Translations under genes and position numbers: made by a program
The notes under the pieces: model-generated
Database searches by the model: none
What the model saw: the letters and a program-made list of their open reading frames with translations, nothing else
What the model was told of the DNA's origin: nothing
Shown here: piece after piece, positions 38,100-52,631 of the stretch
Layout of the letters: each line of letters opens with the position of its first letter
How positions within the stretch are numbered: the stretch's first letter is position 1
Origin: Rhizophagus irregularis
Lineage: Eukaryota
Direction: 5' to 3'
DNA: 64,000 bases
Assembly (NCBI RefSeq): GCF_026210795.1
Contig: NC_089430.1
Coordinates: 4,092,001-4,156,000, forward strand

Positions 38100-40340
38100 C
38101 ATCATTTACGTAAGTTTTAGATATAATGCACGAATGGCATTAGATGCACGTAAATATCGCATATAAATAACATAGATTATATGTCAAAGTTTGACTTGAA
38201 AATAATGTATTTAATGAATGTTAAAAAGTTGATAACAATAAAGGTATAAACGACAAAGATTGCCATCATCAATTAAAAATGGTAATAGGTTGGAGCAGGT
38301 CAGAATGAGAGAGTAAATGTGTTTATTCCATAATTGTACAAATGTTAATACAGTATTGTTCAGAATTGGGACATAATTTACAATAGTATTCTTACTCATA
38401 AAAATTAAATTTAAATGGATGAGATATTTGTCTTTTCCACAATAGTCCCAGTTGACAACAAACAAATTGAAAAAATAATGACGAAAAAAAAGTAATTGGA
38501 ACATAATGCAGTCATTCTTGTCTAGAAGACAATTTTTTGACTTATGAGCCTTTTCGAGTTTAAAAACATTAAATTAAAAATTGATTCATCAACAATTAAC
38601 GATTTTAATACTCGAAAAATAGTATCTCTTTCGTATAACAACAAACGTGATTGTGGGTTTTAAGTTGTTTATAATGCGGCGCTTCATATAGCATCAAATT
38701 CATATTTCAAAACATCAGCATCTTCAAATAAAAATCCGTCCTAGTTTCCTGTGAGTTCTTTATAGATAATTTTATTTATTTTAAAAAGTTCTTGAACCAT
38801 GTCTTTAAGAACGGAAATAATCTCCATGTGGAAAGTCTGAAATCTTATTGTTGTGACATATCTTATTGATCAAAGGATCCAACCAAAACGGTAATTCTTG
38901 GATTTCATCGCCTAAAATAAATTGATAAAGAAATGTTCAGGTAATAATTGTAGACTTACCGACGCCGGAATACGTAACATCAGCTCCGAACACGATTGTC
39001 TGATTTATTTAACTTGGATAATTATCCAACAAATAAATCAACAATTCTGAGGCTGCTCTTCATGTTATTTCCCTGAAATTGATTTTTAGACAAAGCATTC
39101 CACAATATTGCTTGATTGTTTTTACCATTGTACACTTTATAATAGAATAATTTCAACTGTGGTTTAAAAATACAACGAAAAACATCGAGTAGGAATTCCA
39201 CCACCGTATCCTCGATTCTCTTAATTTCGTCATATGACGAAGGATGACACTGAAGAATACATAAAATTGGAGGTATATGTGATTCTCATAAAAATTAAGC
39301 CCTATGTTAGTTTTCTAACAAATAAATATACAATTCCTTCTTAATTTGCCGAAAACTAGAGAAAATGACTACATACCGTGAATTCTATGTACCTTATTAT
39401 ACGTTATAAAATGTTATTGGAAGTCTTAAAGGCTCGCTCTTTTGCCTGGACAAAGTTTTCAGGTACCATATCAAGGAACAACTTTTGATTCATTTTCAGA
39501 ATAATAATTCTAGTGAAAATTCACATCCTTATATTTAAAAAATAGAGTCGACATTACAGGATGGTAAGCCAATTAGGAGCAGGAGCAGGAGATACCTTAA
39601 ACCCATTGTTTACAGTGCTCGTTTTGAACATAATTTGGTGAATTCATGCCATTTCGAATCTTATTAGAGCGCTATATTCAAAATTAGAAGTATCAAAAAA
39701 ATACAAATTTTGCAATTACAAATTTGATCATATCGGCAGTTTGTTTGTCCTTGTAATTCTTTGGCCCTTCAAAGTTTACTAACTTTACTTGTGAATATAG
39801 CTCTAAATTATCTCTCTTCAAATCATCAACTTCAAGCCTTGATCCATTTTGCGCTACGATACATGATTAGGAAAAGATACCACAATTTGACGATTATATT
39901 GTTGAAAAATTGTTGCTCATGAATTAGGCGATCTATTCATTAAGTCAAATAACATGCCTCCAGAAAAGCGTGTTTCTCATACCGAAAATTCTGATAATTT
40001 CTTTGCTCTATAGAATTATCACCTCGATGGTTGGAACTTTGAATGACTTTTCAACCTTAAGACGGTCTTTATTTGTAAATCATACTTGCCGTGATAACAT
40101 CTTGCAAGAACAGTAACAATATTGCCTAAAAGGCGTTTAAAATATTAATGGTCGACAACTTGAATGTCCTAATGAGTAACCCGATTTATAAAAAGCTATT
40201 GCGCTTGTAAAAATTGACAAAAATTGCCTAAGATAATAATCAATTAATAAAGCAAAGACATTACTGGTAAAAGAAACTTATTTACCTTGATCCGGTCGCA
40301 AAGATTGCCAATAGTATTGCCAAATTTCAGTCTCACCATG
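38100..40340 (-). pseudogene. Argonaute (MID-PIWI) pseudogene, heavily decayed
   Basis: YDEIKRIEDTVV/GIPTRC (~39235-39180), TIVFGADVTYSGV (38999-38961), LKPTITFVVIRKRYY (~38662-38620); many stops and frameshifts; ends approximate. Confidence 0.78.
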
Positions 40341-40632
40341 TTATTGAAGAAAGCACGGCGACCAACGGCAGTGAAAATTTATTTACTTGATTTGTTAAAA
40401 CGTGATTGCTACATAAAATATGAAATTTCGGAAACCAAAATTGTACAAATATAGACTATAATTTCAATTACCGTGTTCGGTTTAGTTGACAAAACGAATA
40501 CTTAAGATTCTTTTTACTTTTTTCAACTTAATAGTAAGTGACGTGAAGGCCTTTTGCTGTACTTTGAAACAGTTTCATAATCGGACAATGTAATCTGACG
40601 AGAGTAATTTTTAAATTAGTATTTAAGCAAAT

Positions 40633-41145
40633 AGTTGCGTCACCAAATGAAAATTGCTTTGCAGAATATACGACCTGAAGAAGATTTTATCGATTAGGTA
40701 AAATATTAAGAGAAACCTAAGGTAGTCCAATTCCTCCAAATATATTTCCGTGTTCAGAATTTTCAAAATATTCAAATATTTTACGATTTAACGCTGAGAT
40801 GTTTCAGGGGTATATCAACGACGTATTAATACGCATTCAAACGATAAGCAAAAATATATTGAACAAAGCGAATTTATACAAGGAATGCATTTCAAACTAT
40901 AAAACTTCAAAAAAGTTTTTTTGGCTCGAATCACAGCTGCGTCAGGGTTTAATTGGCGCAGGATTAGATTTAACCCACGAGAGATTTATGCTATTTCAAC
41001 TTTCAAAACGATCAAAAAGAAAATCTATTTCCTAATCCACTTTTTTTACCGTAATACAATAAATTATTCCTTTTCTGTAAACAATCGAAAAATTTGACGA
41101 ACCGAGCTATTAACATAATTTCTGCGCTAGATTGGTGACGCAACT
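40633..41145. mobile_element. Possible MITE bounded by 14-bp perfect inverted repeat
   Basis: AGTTGCGTCACCAA at 40633-40646 and its reverse complement at 41132-41145; no TSD. Confidence 0.45.
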
Positions 41146-43607
41146 TTTTGTTTTCGTTAGAAAATTTTGCTTAGGGATTACTATTTTAGTTTGCTTATCA
41201 CTTTTTCTTGTATATACAAAAAACTCTTTATGGACTACTCATCAACAACTTCAGCCTAGGTGTTTACCAGAGCTTAAGACCTTACTGTAATGGACAAGTC
41301 GTGAAATGGTTTCAGAAATTGTTTAGAATTGCCAGATTGACTTCGGCTTAGGTGGTTGATCTTGGAGTTAAGACACTATTTATATGATATTCTTCGATTT
41401 TGTAAAACGGAGATTATTTTATTTTCAAACTAATAATGATAATTGTAAAGGAAAAATTAATATAACCCTTTATATAATTTTGAAACTTATTAATATAAAA
41501 TTGATAATTATGTTTAATTTTAACTTTAGTTCTTTTAACGAGAATTAAAACTGAACATATAGAAGATGCAATAAAATTGTTAAATATAATATTGGTCAGA
41601 TTGTTTATTTATACATAATCTTAATTTAATAAAGATTGATTAATAAAACAAGTTTTAAAATGTAAGAAAAAGACAAAGAATTTATATAAAATATAGAGAA
41701 AACTATGCATTTTTTTTGCAAAAATGAAATTAATTACAAATTTAACCCTATCATTATTTTTTTTTTAAAAAAAAAATATCTGATATATAATTAGTAATGT
41801 CAACTGACCGATTAATAATTAGTTGAAATTTAAAGTTAAATCAGTGTTAAATCACTAAGATCTCGAAGACTGATTACTGATATCCTGGTAATTGGGAATA
41901 CTTGGTGACCAATAGGAATTAACAAACATCTCTGATATCTCATTAACTTACAAATAATGTGTAATAAAATATTCTTCATGATAACTCGGTTAATATTGAT
42001 TCTAGAAATGCGATTTTACTACCATCTCATCGAGATGTTATCTACCAAATCACTAGATAGTAGATATCAAAACAGGGATATGTAGGATAAGAATTTCAAC
42101 TGTAGTACGTAATTTTGCAAACTACTTAATTTAAATTATTTAAATCTAGTGTTGTACTCATGTTATTTAGGCTGGACCAAGCCAAATAGTATGTTTAACA
42201 TAATGGTTCTTTGAACAACGTAAATTTTATAATGATTCATTAATTATTATATAACAGATAATATATGCTAATTTCATGTAAAAGAAAATTATTCACACCA
42301 TTTATTCTTTTTAACTTGTATATACAAGAGATTAGATAAAATTTGAATTTATTTTAAGAAAGTGTAATTTCTCATTATTATTTGAATTTTTCAAAGTTTA
42401 TGAACTTAATACAACAAATTATTAGATACTGTATGAACATTTTATGGCAGAAATTAAAGGATAATTCTGGCTAAAATTATGTTTGTTCAATTCACTTATT
42501 ATTGTTTAATATCCTTCTTTAGATTGTTTGAAACATATCATGTTAAACACACTTCTTAATTGGTCTGACCTTAATAATCACAGTGATATTTAATATTTAA
42601 TATTAGTTATTAGGCTTGTTAAATTTAAAACAATATTTATTTGATTTATCCTCATTAAAGTTAATCTGAAATAGAATATAACACTAATTTATGATTTATT
42701 ATATAATTTTAAACAAATGTTCTAATATTTCGGTTAAACAGATATGGTTCAATTTTTATTAATGGTACCAAATTCTCACTTTTCAGTATTCTTTTCTAAT
42801 AACAAATTTTTTTCAACAAGTGATGATCTTTTTCTTTTCAAAAAAAAAAGACCTTTCATCAGAATTAAAAAATTTTAGATCTAGGAACAATGATTTAACA
42901 CTTGCCTGACAACTAAACACCTATAAACCTACTTGACTAAGCGCTAACATCTAAAACTAGTAGTCATAGAAAAAAGGAGAAATCAATTTTCCTTATTTCC
43001 TTAATTAAAAAAGCGAAGAGGATTAACGTCATGTGTAAAGAAAAATAGGTAAGCTTTCTTAATAATATTTCATAGCGTGTGAAAAATAAAATGATTGATG
43101 AGATCCGAGGGAAATATCATAATTTACTTTTTTCATTAGTATACGCAGTATACTAGCTAATAATGTACACCTCGGGAATAAAGAGAATAATGAAAAATGC
43201 GTTAAAATAAACAAAAAAAAAAGCAAAAAAGAAGTAATCCAAATAGATAGAAATAGATATAAATACACCCTATTTTCTGTCATGCCAAGATAACCTAAAT
43301 TTCAAAAAAAAAAAATACTCGAATAAGAATATTAATAATACACTCTATCTGAATTTGCTAGTTCGTTGGAATTCATTTGTTCAGCCGTTCTGGCTAAATA
43401 TATGTAGCATTTTTTAACACTTAAATATAAAATATCGTAATATATTAAACTAAATAGGTGAATAAAATAAAGTTCTAATTTTATAAGAATTTAAAATTAA
43501 ATTAGTATTGCGAATATAAATAAACTTATATAACTAGTTGTTAATTTAATATACATACCGTAATTAATTAAGATATGACCATTAATATCATATTTACAAA
43601 AGAAGCG

Positions 43608-44463
43608 TTAAACCACTAATTTTTGATCAAAATTTCCATCAATTGGCATTTTCAGTGCAGCAACGATTTCAGTCATTGGATCAACTACAGGATTTAATGT
43701 AGAAGATGGTAATTGCCGTTGTTGCTGCACTGGCGAAGAAATTGGTGTTAAAGTTGGTTTTCTCTGCAAAGAAAAGAAATTTTATTTGTCATATTCTCTT
43801 TTAGTTAATGCATTCATTAATTGAGGATTAATGAGGATTAATTTACCTTAACTTTAAATAGAGATTCATTTTGAAGAGAAATTGGTCTATTGTTATTATC
43901 GTTATTATTATTAATATTATTATTATTATCAGTAACAATTTGTTGTTCTGAGGAAATAGACGTAAGCGTGGGAGTTTCATGATTCTTGATATCATTATTA
44001 TTGGTATTGGTATCATTAGCTGATGGAATTGTGGATCCTATATTCAAACCTTCTAAACTAAGAGCAGCTGCAACTTCAGCCATTTGATTTTTAATTTTTT
44101 CGGGCTAAAATTAACAAAACAAATTAGAAGAAAACAAAATTTTGATGAGGACTTTTAACTTTAATTGTGGATTACAACACTTACGTCAACTTTACCACTA
44201 CGCAATTCGGTGATACCGATATGACCGGTATGTTGAAAATTAGAAGGAAGGCCGATAAGACCTTTATGAATTTTCTTTTTTTGTTTTTTAACAACTTTAG
44301 CTTTTTTAGCATTATTATTAGTAGGAGAACCATTTACATTATCATTTTCGTGAAAACGGTTGTTGACAGGTTTTTTATTTATTGTTTGTGAGTATGTTGC
44401 AGAACTAATACCAACATCTAGTTTTGCTTGCTTTTGTGAAGAAGAAGAAATACAACCACCCAT
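43608..44463 (-). CDS. Small CRIB (Cdc42/Rac-binding) protein with N-terminal lipidation motif, 3 exons
   Basis: MGGCIS; IGLPSNFQHTGHIG; exons 44463-44185, 44104-43847, 43763-43608 join in frame. Confidence 0.85.
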
Positions 44464-46094
44464 AATGAATTTCTGATGAGAGAGAAAAGAAACCTTTTTT
44501 TTTTCGTTAAAAAAAGAAAACCGTTACAAAAAATATAAATAAATAAATTGTAAAAAAAATAGGTATAATCTATTTATATGAAAAAAAAAAAAAAAATTTT
44601 TTCACTAGAACTTAAAAGGCTTTAGTTCGTAAAAAAATTTTAAAACGATAATAGATAAGTTTCGTTTGTTTTTTTTTAATTTTTTTTTTTAAAAAAAAAA
44701 AAACTTGAAAAACACGCTTCCTATATTTATACTTTATTAAAAAAAAGCAAGTTTTCCGTATGGAGTAATTGGATAATCTAACACAAACTGATAAACTTGA
44801 ATTAAACTTAAATTGGATAGAAATTTACAGGAGAAGTATAAACTATAAATACATTGCGCGCTATATTTTGGGTTATATAATAGTCCGTTGACTTCTAACT
44901 ACGTCATTTAATGTAGTACCTTGTTTAAAATAATAATAGAAGGTAAAATAGGAACAGCCAATATTTATTTCTTTGTCCCTTATCAGCTCAGAGAATAAAG
45001 TAAATAAAATAAATTTCATAGTTCATAGATGTTTTCCCGTTCTCCATCGATTTGTATGTTGTTTAAAAATGTCATAAGATCATCAATGGGGTTTTAAGCT
45101 AAAAATATATCAATAAATGTGCGTTGGGATGATTACCAGTAATATTTCCTGTTGATTTTCTCAATAAATAATTTAAGTTATCAATATATAAATTTTGGGG
45201 CGTAAAATAAAACCTTAATTTTTTACGCCTTTTATGATGAAAAGGAAAAAAAAAAATTATAATAACTTGTTATAAATATACTGTATGTACATTTGACAGG
45301 AAATTTTTTATTGACACCCGTCAGCTTCGCTAAGGAAAGTAGCTAACTATATAATTAAAAAATGCAAGCACAAATAAAAATAAATGAACAATATTTTCAA
45401 ACAATACCCATTGCAGATATAAACCAAATAGATTAATCTACCGTGAGAAGATCACATTCATCCTTTCAAATAATCGCTTAGTCTTTCCCCAGATATTTTT
45501 AACTTTAAAAAAAATTACTTTTACTTCTTTCCTTTTGCTTTATATCCTTAACGTAGATCACTTTTTATTTCGGAAAATTACTAGTTTAGTTTCAAGAATG
45601 AACAAAAAATATATGAAACTGATCACAAAACATCCCTTACATGTTGACTGACATTGCATACAATATGATTGGATGTCATCTTTACCTTTTTTTATTTTTG
45701 TTAAAAAAAAAAATTAACATATAAAGAGTAATATTTCTATTATAGTGTTTATTTTTTTGACTCGTCGAAAATCCGAAGATCTTTTACAAAAAAAATTTCC
45801 ATATCATTCAAAATTTGATTGGAAATCCAAAAAAGTATAAATAGTATCGGAATAATGTTTTAAAAAATTTACTACTTTTTTTTTTTCAAAGAAAAAAACA
45901 AAAAATCTGGACCTGTATCTTACATTTTTGTTTGTGTTTATGACTCAGTATATGATGAAATTTGGAGTATTTAATTAAAGATTGTTTGTACAACATTCAA
46001 TTTGTAAGAAGCATGTTTACAACCGGAATTCAGTCCGATACATAAATAACTAAAAAGGTAATAAATGAATAACAATAAATATTTTTCTACTTTT

Positions 46095-47267
46095 TTAAGT
46101 CCCGTTACTAAGGCCCCATTGGAAATCTTTCAATTCGACATTTTTAATAAAGTCATCAATTTTAACATCACCCTCTACATCTTTAATTAATTCATTATAA
46201 ATTTGCAAACCAGAATTAAATTCATCTTGATTACCCATGGCATGATAAACAATTTTATCAATACCAGCTAAATGAGCAGCCGCAATTTGTAAACAAGACA
46301 TAATAGTAATATTACCACCATAAGCACCACATCCCCAATTTCCTGTATGAATAATCACTCTCGGTTTTGGTACACTTTCTTCTTCGTTGATGTTTATTTT
46401 AGTATGTTCTTGATTCTCTTCATGATTTCTTTCAAGTATTCCTTTTTCTACCAAACTCTCAAATTTGGCAGCAAGAAATCCTGAATAGCCGGTAGCCAAT
46501 ATTCTTTTAATAGTATTAAAAGTATATTTTCCATGTCCATGTTTTGGTGCTTCAATAGCAATGATATTAGAATAATAAGGATTTCCTGTTTTTGGATCAA
46601 TTCTTTTATCATATATTGTTGTCGCTAATTTAATGGCTTCAGGTGATGCATGTGCAAATTGGTTTCCATATAATCCAAATGGTCGTTTTTCATTTTTATT
46701 AACATCAGTTTTTACTTGTACTTTTCTTTCTACTCCTCTAACTAATATTGGTGTTGATATAAACGATGATGAGATTGAATCTTTAGTGAGAATTGGACGT
46801 GCTGTTGTAAAACAACTCTCTTGATCTCCTTTTACAAGATAATCTCGAAGTGAACATAATACTGGATGTTCTAAACATTGACTTTCATCTTGCGCGAATA
46901 AATTTCCTCCATAATATCCAAATACATGTTTATCCGCAAAATTAATATACCAATTTACCGTGTTATTGTCTTCAGGTGACGAATAATCAAATACATCATT
47001 CTTAACTTCAATCTTCATTTCTTTTCCCCCTTGAGGATTATCACTTTCACCTTTAAAAGATTTCGGTAAAGGAAATTCTTCCCATCTTGTATATTCCAAT
47101 TTACCATGAAATGAATCTGCCCCTTCAGGGGTAGCCATTTCGTATATTAATTTCTTATTTTTACAATACCATTTTGGTGGATTTTGTTTTACCAATTCAT
47201 TTGCTATAAATGATTCATGATGAGTTAAATGATTTTTTATTACTTTTATTATTTGACGTAATTCCAT
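46095..47267 (-). CDS. PARG-like macrodomain hydrolase, intronless
   Basis: INFAD…YYGGNLFAQDE (QEE-signature variant) and TGNWGCGAYGG; start at ATG 47267 (MELRQ) assumed. Confidence 0.85.
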   Translation of the reverse strand: MELRQIIKVIKNHLTHHESFIANELVKQNPPKWYCKNKKLIYEMATPEGADSFHGKLEYTRWEEFPLPKSFKGESDNPQGGKEMKIEVKNDVFDYSSPEDNNTVNWYINFADKHVFGYYGGNLFAQDESQCLEHPVLCSLRDYLVKGDQESCFTTARPILTKDSISSSFISTPILVRGVERKVQVKTDVNKNEKRPFGLYGNQFAHASPEAIKLATTIYDKRIDPKTGNPYYSNIIAIEAPKHGHGKYTFNTIKRILATGYSGFLAAKFESLVEKGILERNHEENQEHTKININEEESVPKPRVIIHTGNWGCGAYGGNITIMSCLQIAAAHLAGIDKIVYHAMGNQDEFNSGLQIYNELIKDVEGDVKIDDFIKNVELKDFQWGLSNGT

Positions 47268-50200
47268 GATAAAATGAAATAAATGAGGAGAAAATATAGA
47301 AAAATGGTATCTTTTATATAAGTCATTGAACGGAACATTCGGTTCGGAATAGTAATTCCCAACTGTAAATAAATTAATTATTTTGGTATCACCTGAGGGG
47401 TTGAATAAATAAATAAAGGAATAAATAGGAGGCATGGCCTGATCAATTGTCACATTTAAAACTATCAAAAAAGTAAAGGATCAGCCGATAATCGAAGTAT
47501 TTCACAAATGGTAAGTAGTGAAAGGGAAAAAACTATTTTAATACTTCTATACATATGAGATTTACATTTGTGTCTTTGTGTCAGGTTGTACTGTAAATGC
47601 ACATATATGTTCGTCAGCTTTATTGTAGTACATAGACTTAATTTTACAAGTGATAATGCTTGTGGGCTATCTTTACATAAACCGTTTCATATGAATAAAA
47701 TATTTCGTGCTTAGCCTGAAAAACAAATTATCTAATTAGTTCGTAAACTATGCACTTCGTATCTAAAAGAAACTAGTTCAAGAAGGAATAAGAGAAGTAT
47801 GTCGGAAAAATATTCATACCGGTGTTTTGTTTGGGATTTTCGTCTCTAACCTTTCTCTGGCATTTCATACTGGAGTACGTCACGATCGTTTATATAAGAC
47901 GTTGGACTATACTTTGAACGAATTATATATGATAAGTAAATTATCTATACCCACAAGATTATGAGTTAATTTCACTACAATGCCTTCAATCGCTGAGTTA
48001 TGTTAAGGAACTTGACATTTAAATCATCACTTTCAAGATCATTTACAAACTCTTCATTTCCTATCTACCTGAACAAATTTGCAAAAACTACTGCAAAGCA
48101 GCTTTCGTATGTGTTTGTTGTGTTATTTTATAGACTGCCATATTAGATCTACGACACCTATCATTATATCGACGGGCCTTCTATATGCTTGATATATTAA
48201 TAGATGCGATGAGAATCTTTCTCATCAAGATTGTTGAAAAGGGTATTCAGTCCCAAAGTTGATGTTCAAAATGATGTGTTCGTTTCTCGAAATTGTAAAT
48301 GACTTTGTCATGTAAAAATAGATCTTCATATTGTTTGGAGAACAAGGGATGAGAAAATTAACATTAACCAGGATCACATCAAGAGAAACCGAGCAGGATT
48401 CTCTAATTCTTGGACGAAATTGGAAAGCAATCTACTTGCATTTCAAGATAGCCTTTGAGAGTGATGATCATATAACCTTCGAATATAATGTTTGTTAATG
48501 TTAGTCGATTAATTCACAAAATCTTCTGTAGTCTGTCAGAATTACAAGAATTATATCATCGTAGTGAAGTTTAAAAATGAAAAGGAAAATATTTTCTGAT
48601 TAAGAGATACACTATCAATAAATGGAATTATTTCCTCAAGAAATGTGATCGAAGATGAAGAAGTAAATGAATTATAAAATTAGTTGATGGGCGAAATCTA
48701 AGGAATATTATATCGGGAATATGTTTAGATATTCATGAATTTTTTGAAAATAGGATTAAATGATTTAAATACTGTATATAAAATCTATATATACTTAATG
48801 TTTATAATATATGCTCATTGTGAACATCTGCTAGCCGGGTGGTGTGGTTCAGTTAGGAATGTTTTATGTTTAGTAGAGTCGTTGATATTATTTTTTAAAC
48901 AAAGCACTGCTCCCTTAAGGGTAATTTTGTCAGTAAAAAAAAAAATAATTTATAATAAATTTGTCTTAATCGCTAAAAAACAATAATTGTTCAAGTCCAT
49001 TTTTATTATTTTTCGATAATGATTAAAAATATCAGGGGTAATAGCGAAGCTATAAAGTGGCAATTGGTAAAATGGAAGCATTTCCAAGGAGGGAATTTAG
49101 CGGATCCAGGCGAGTTCCTGAAAAATATAATTTTTTTTTAAATTTATACTAATTTTGATCATTTAACGTGCCTCCAAGCACCAATTTTTATTATAAACAA
49201 CTGTAAACAGCAACGCATTAATTCATGGCCCACCTGGTAATTATTTTACCATAATTCGTATATAAATCATATAATTTATTGTTAAGACACTTCATTTTAT
49301 GTTTTTTTTTAAAAAAAAAATCATATACATAATACATTTAAACTTTCCATTTAATAATTATTTTATTAAAAATATAAAATTCAAAATAACTACTTTATAT
49401 AAATCATTATTAATTATTGAATTATTAAAAAATCTATTGTATTTATATAAGATAAATGTAAAAAAAAGTATGATGAATAAATTCAGTATAATAACAACTA
49501 AAAATTAAAATATACTAAAATAAGATATTAAAATTGATATGATTTGTTACGTTTTTATTACTTAAAGTTACAGAATTAATGATTTAAAAGATATGAAAAA
49601 TTAATCAATTCCAAATATTTCCATATTTTTTATATTTTTTCATATTTAACCTTAAAAATATCAACTAGTAGGAAAAAAAGAAAAGTTATAGGCTTTTGTA
49701 AATTATAGAAAATTAAAATAGTAACAGTATTAAATTACTTTTATTAAAAATAGACAAATTATTGGAAAATTTTAGAATGATAAAATAGTCAAGATTTTAT
49801 CAAAAAAATTAATAAAAAGAAAATCTTAGTTTTTATTAATTATAAAAATTTTACATTAATAATAAGAGTACTAATATTAATAGTAAATAAAATATTAAAA
49901 AGAACTGTAATATATTATTTAATATAGAATTTCTGAAATATATAATAAAGAAAAATAGATAAATATATATTACAGTTATAATAAAAATTTAAGATTTTTT
50001 TAAAATAGCAAAACCTTTAAATAAATTATTAAAAAAAGAAACATTAATAATGGTTCTTTGGTTAATATGTTAAACATCTTTGTCAAATATGTGTAACTTA
50101 CTTACAGGTATCTTTCCAAATATACTAGGCAAAAAACTCTTTATATTATTCCGATGCATATCACACACCATGCAAAAATTATAAATCCTATGTGGGCGGG

Positions 50201-50316
50201 TACAATTGAGCTCGCAGGCAACGGCGTTTTGTGGCGCAGAGAATTTCTTTGTTCTCAAAAAGATCATTATTACACAACATTAACGAAACTATTCAGTTTA
50301 CAGAAAACAAATTTTA

Positions 50317-52461
50317 TTATTTCTTTTTTTTAGCTGGTGACCCTGTAATTGGTGGAGAACAAAACAAAGCAGACATCTTCTTCCGTTTTACTCCGGTGCA
50401 TAGTATTTTTGTTCTTTCGCTGTTCAGATTGATGAGCATCTTCTTGGTAGCGTCCAACTTTTGCAAAAATCCTAACATGGTGCAATAAGCGATTTTGGTG
50501 TTACATATGTCCCATCTTGATGATGGTATAGGTGCTTCGTAAGCAAGTATAAGATGGAACAAACCGCCAGCAGCTGTGAGTGCGTAAATGCGAATTGTGC
50601 GGGCTAATCAAACACGATATAATTAGTAAGAAAATAAATATGTCAGGCTGAAACTTATCACTTACCAACAACAGTAAAGCCCCACACGACTAAAGCACTG
50701 GCATCAACTCCATTTAACTGATCTTGGGTCAAGACCCACACATCACGCAATTCCCACCCGAGCTTAAGGGTATCCATCCACTCTTTAGCAGAAGTGCACC
50801 TCGGAAGTCCACCTGATACCTCTCCACATCCAAGGTCAGGACTCCAATGAAGGCCATTAAATTTGATAAGCACATCTACTCTATATCCCATTCGTGCACG
50901 CTCTGTGGGGTCTCCACCCGAGTTACGACGTATTGCCGTGGCGCGAAGTGTACTTTCAAAACTAATGGATTATATATGAAGAATTAGCTTCTTTTATATG
51001 TAATAACTTATCAAGAGCCAACTCACTATTGTATAACGTAATCAGGCACATCTCTGATTGATGCGTCAATGAATGGGATCACATTGCGCATGGTATGTTC
51101 ATATTCTGAGATGACGTCTTTGTTTGGGCAATTTATCGCATCATTGCTAAAAGAAAAAATAATGATGGTAAAATAATAATGGTAAAATAATTAGATGTCA
51201 TCATCTTTAATAAAACTGATAAAACTTTTTATGTCAACTCACATCCTATAAACCAATTTCTTGACAGTTCGTTGTTCAGGCGTACTCGCGCGAATATCTT
51301 GTAGATCCTCTGCCTATATTATTATATCTTAGCAAATGTCTTCACAATTAAAGACCTCAAGGAGATGCAATGTTATAATTACAGCAAATAGTTCATCAAA
51401 AAATTTATCCTGGCCATCTGAAAGACTTGGTAAATCAAAGCTCACGTTAGGCAGTGACCGGCGCATCGATGACATATATCGATTAAGCAATTTTGTGGTT
51501 GGTCCGTGTTGACCTGAATGGTCAACAATGTGGTAAAAAAGTGGACTAGAAAATGTCAATTTAAGTTTTGATAGTATTGAACAATAAAAATGAACTTACT
51601 TGTATAAACACCTCGTCTTCGGTATTTTTAATCGATAACTCTCCACTAACGCATGTACTTCCGCCCATTCATCTGAAGTTAATTCTTTTCCAGTTTCAGC
51701 TTTCATCACATGTGGCTCACGTAGGTCGGTAACATCCACGTCACCTTCATATTCTTTATCTTTCCCTCCGTTAGAAAAGTCATCATTGTTATCATTGGAA
51801 AGATAATCATTATCGTCATTATTGAAAAGGTTGTCGTCATTGGAAGGGCCGTTATCATTGGAAAGGTCTTTATCATTGGAAAATTCGGAAAGGACGTCAT
51901 CATTAGAAGAAGATACACGGTGTTGTTGGCTTAAGCCCTCGGTTTCAGAGGTCACTAGGCCACTAATAGCATCGTGCTCCCGATAAACGTTAATTATAAG
52001 TGTCTTATTATGTTTTTCCTAGATTACAGAGTGAAGTATTAAATAGTTTTTTCTATCTAATGGACGGTATGAAAACTATTTCGGTTTCGATTACCAGCCT
52101 TAGAGAATTTTACTTTTTCTTCTAATTGTCCTAACTCAAGTTTCCGCCAAAAATCCTCGGCAAGCTTGGATTTAAACATATTCTATATGATATAAAGATG
52201 CAACATGAGCATAATAGTAGGCAATAAAGACCAATACCTATATTATTAGTGCCTTACGTCTAGATTATTAGCCAGGTACGATTTCGCAATATTTGCTTCT
52301 TTGGCTTTACCAGTGTGACTGATAATTTCTAAACATTTTCTAAGATCTTCCTGGGCGGCATTGCGAGAGCTATGCAAGTAACTGTATTTTTTGAAAAAAG
52401 TGATTATACTAAACTTTGCTAAGTTTTCTTGCACGAATTTCACCTTTGCCGAGTCGGGCAT
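50317..52461 (-). CDS. Multi-exon hypothetical protein with C-terminal PD-(D/E)xK (REase-like) motifs
   Basis: Splice-joinable exons; SEYEH…VIPFI, FESTLRAT, GYRVDVLI…GEVSGG…DTLKL; D/N-rich linker; basic C-terminus; one junction uncertain. Confidence 0.65.
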
Positions 52462-52631
52462 TTTTCAGATATTCCTGGGACGCGCTTTTATGAATCCCTA
52501 TGAGGAAATGAGGAAATGAGGAGACGTGTATACATCAGGTGATCATTAGCCAATCATCAAAAGTATCAATAATTTATCAAGATCGTCAATCAAAATTATA
52601 CGCGAACCATCCGTTCTCTCCATATTGGCAT

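Noticed and set aside
47268..47468. N-terminal extension of the PARG ORF
   Set aside because: Non-ATG start and promoter-like composition
47700..48700. Possible F-box/LRR pseudogene
   Set aside because: Only vague fragments
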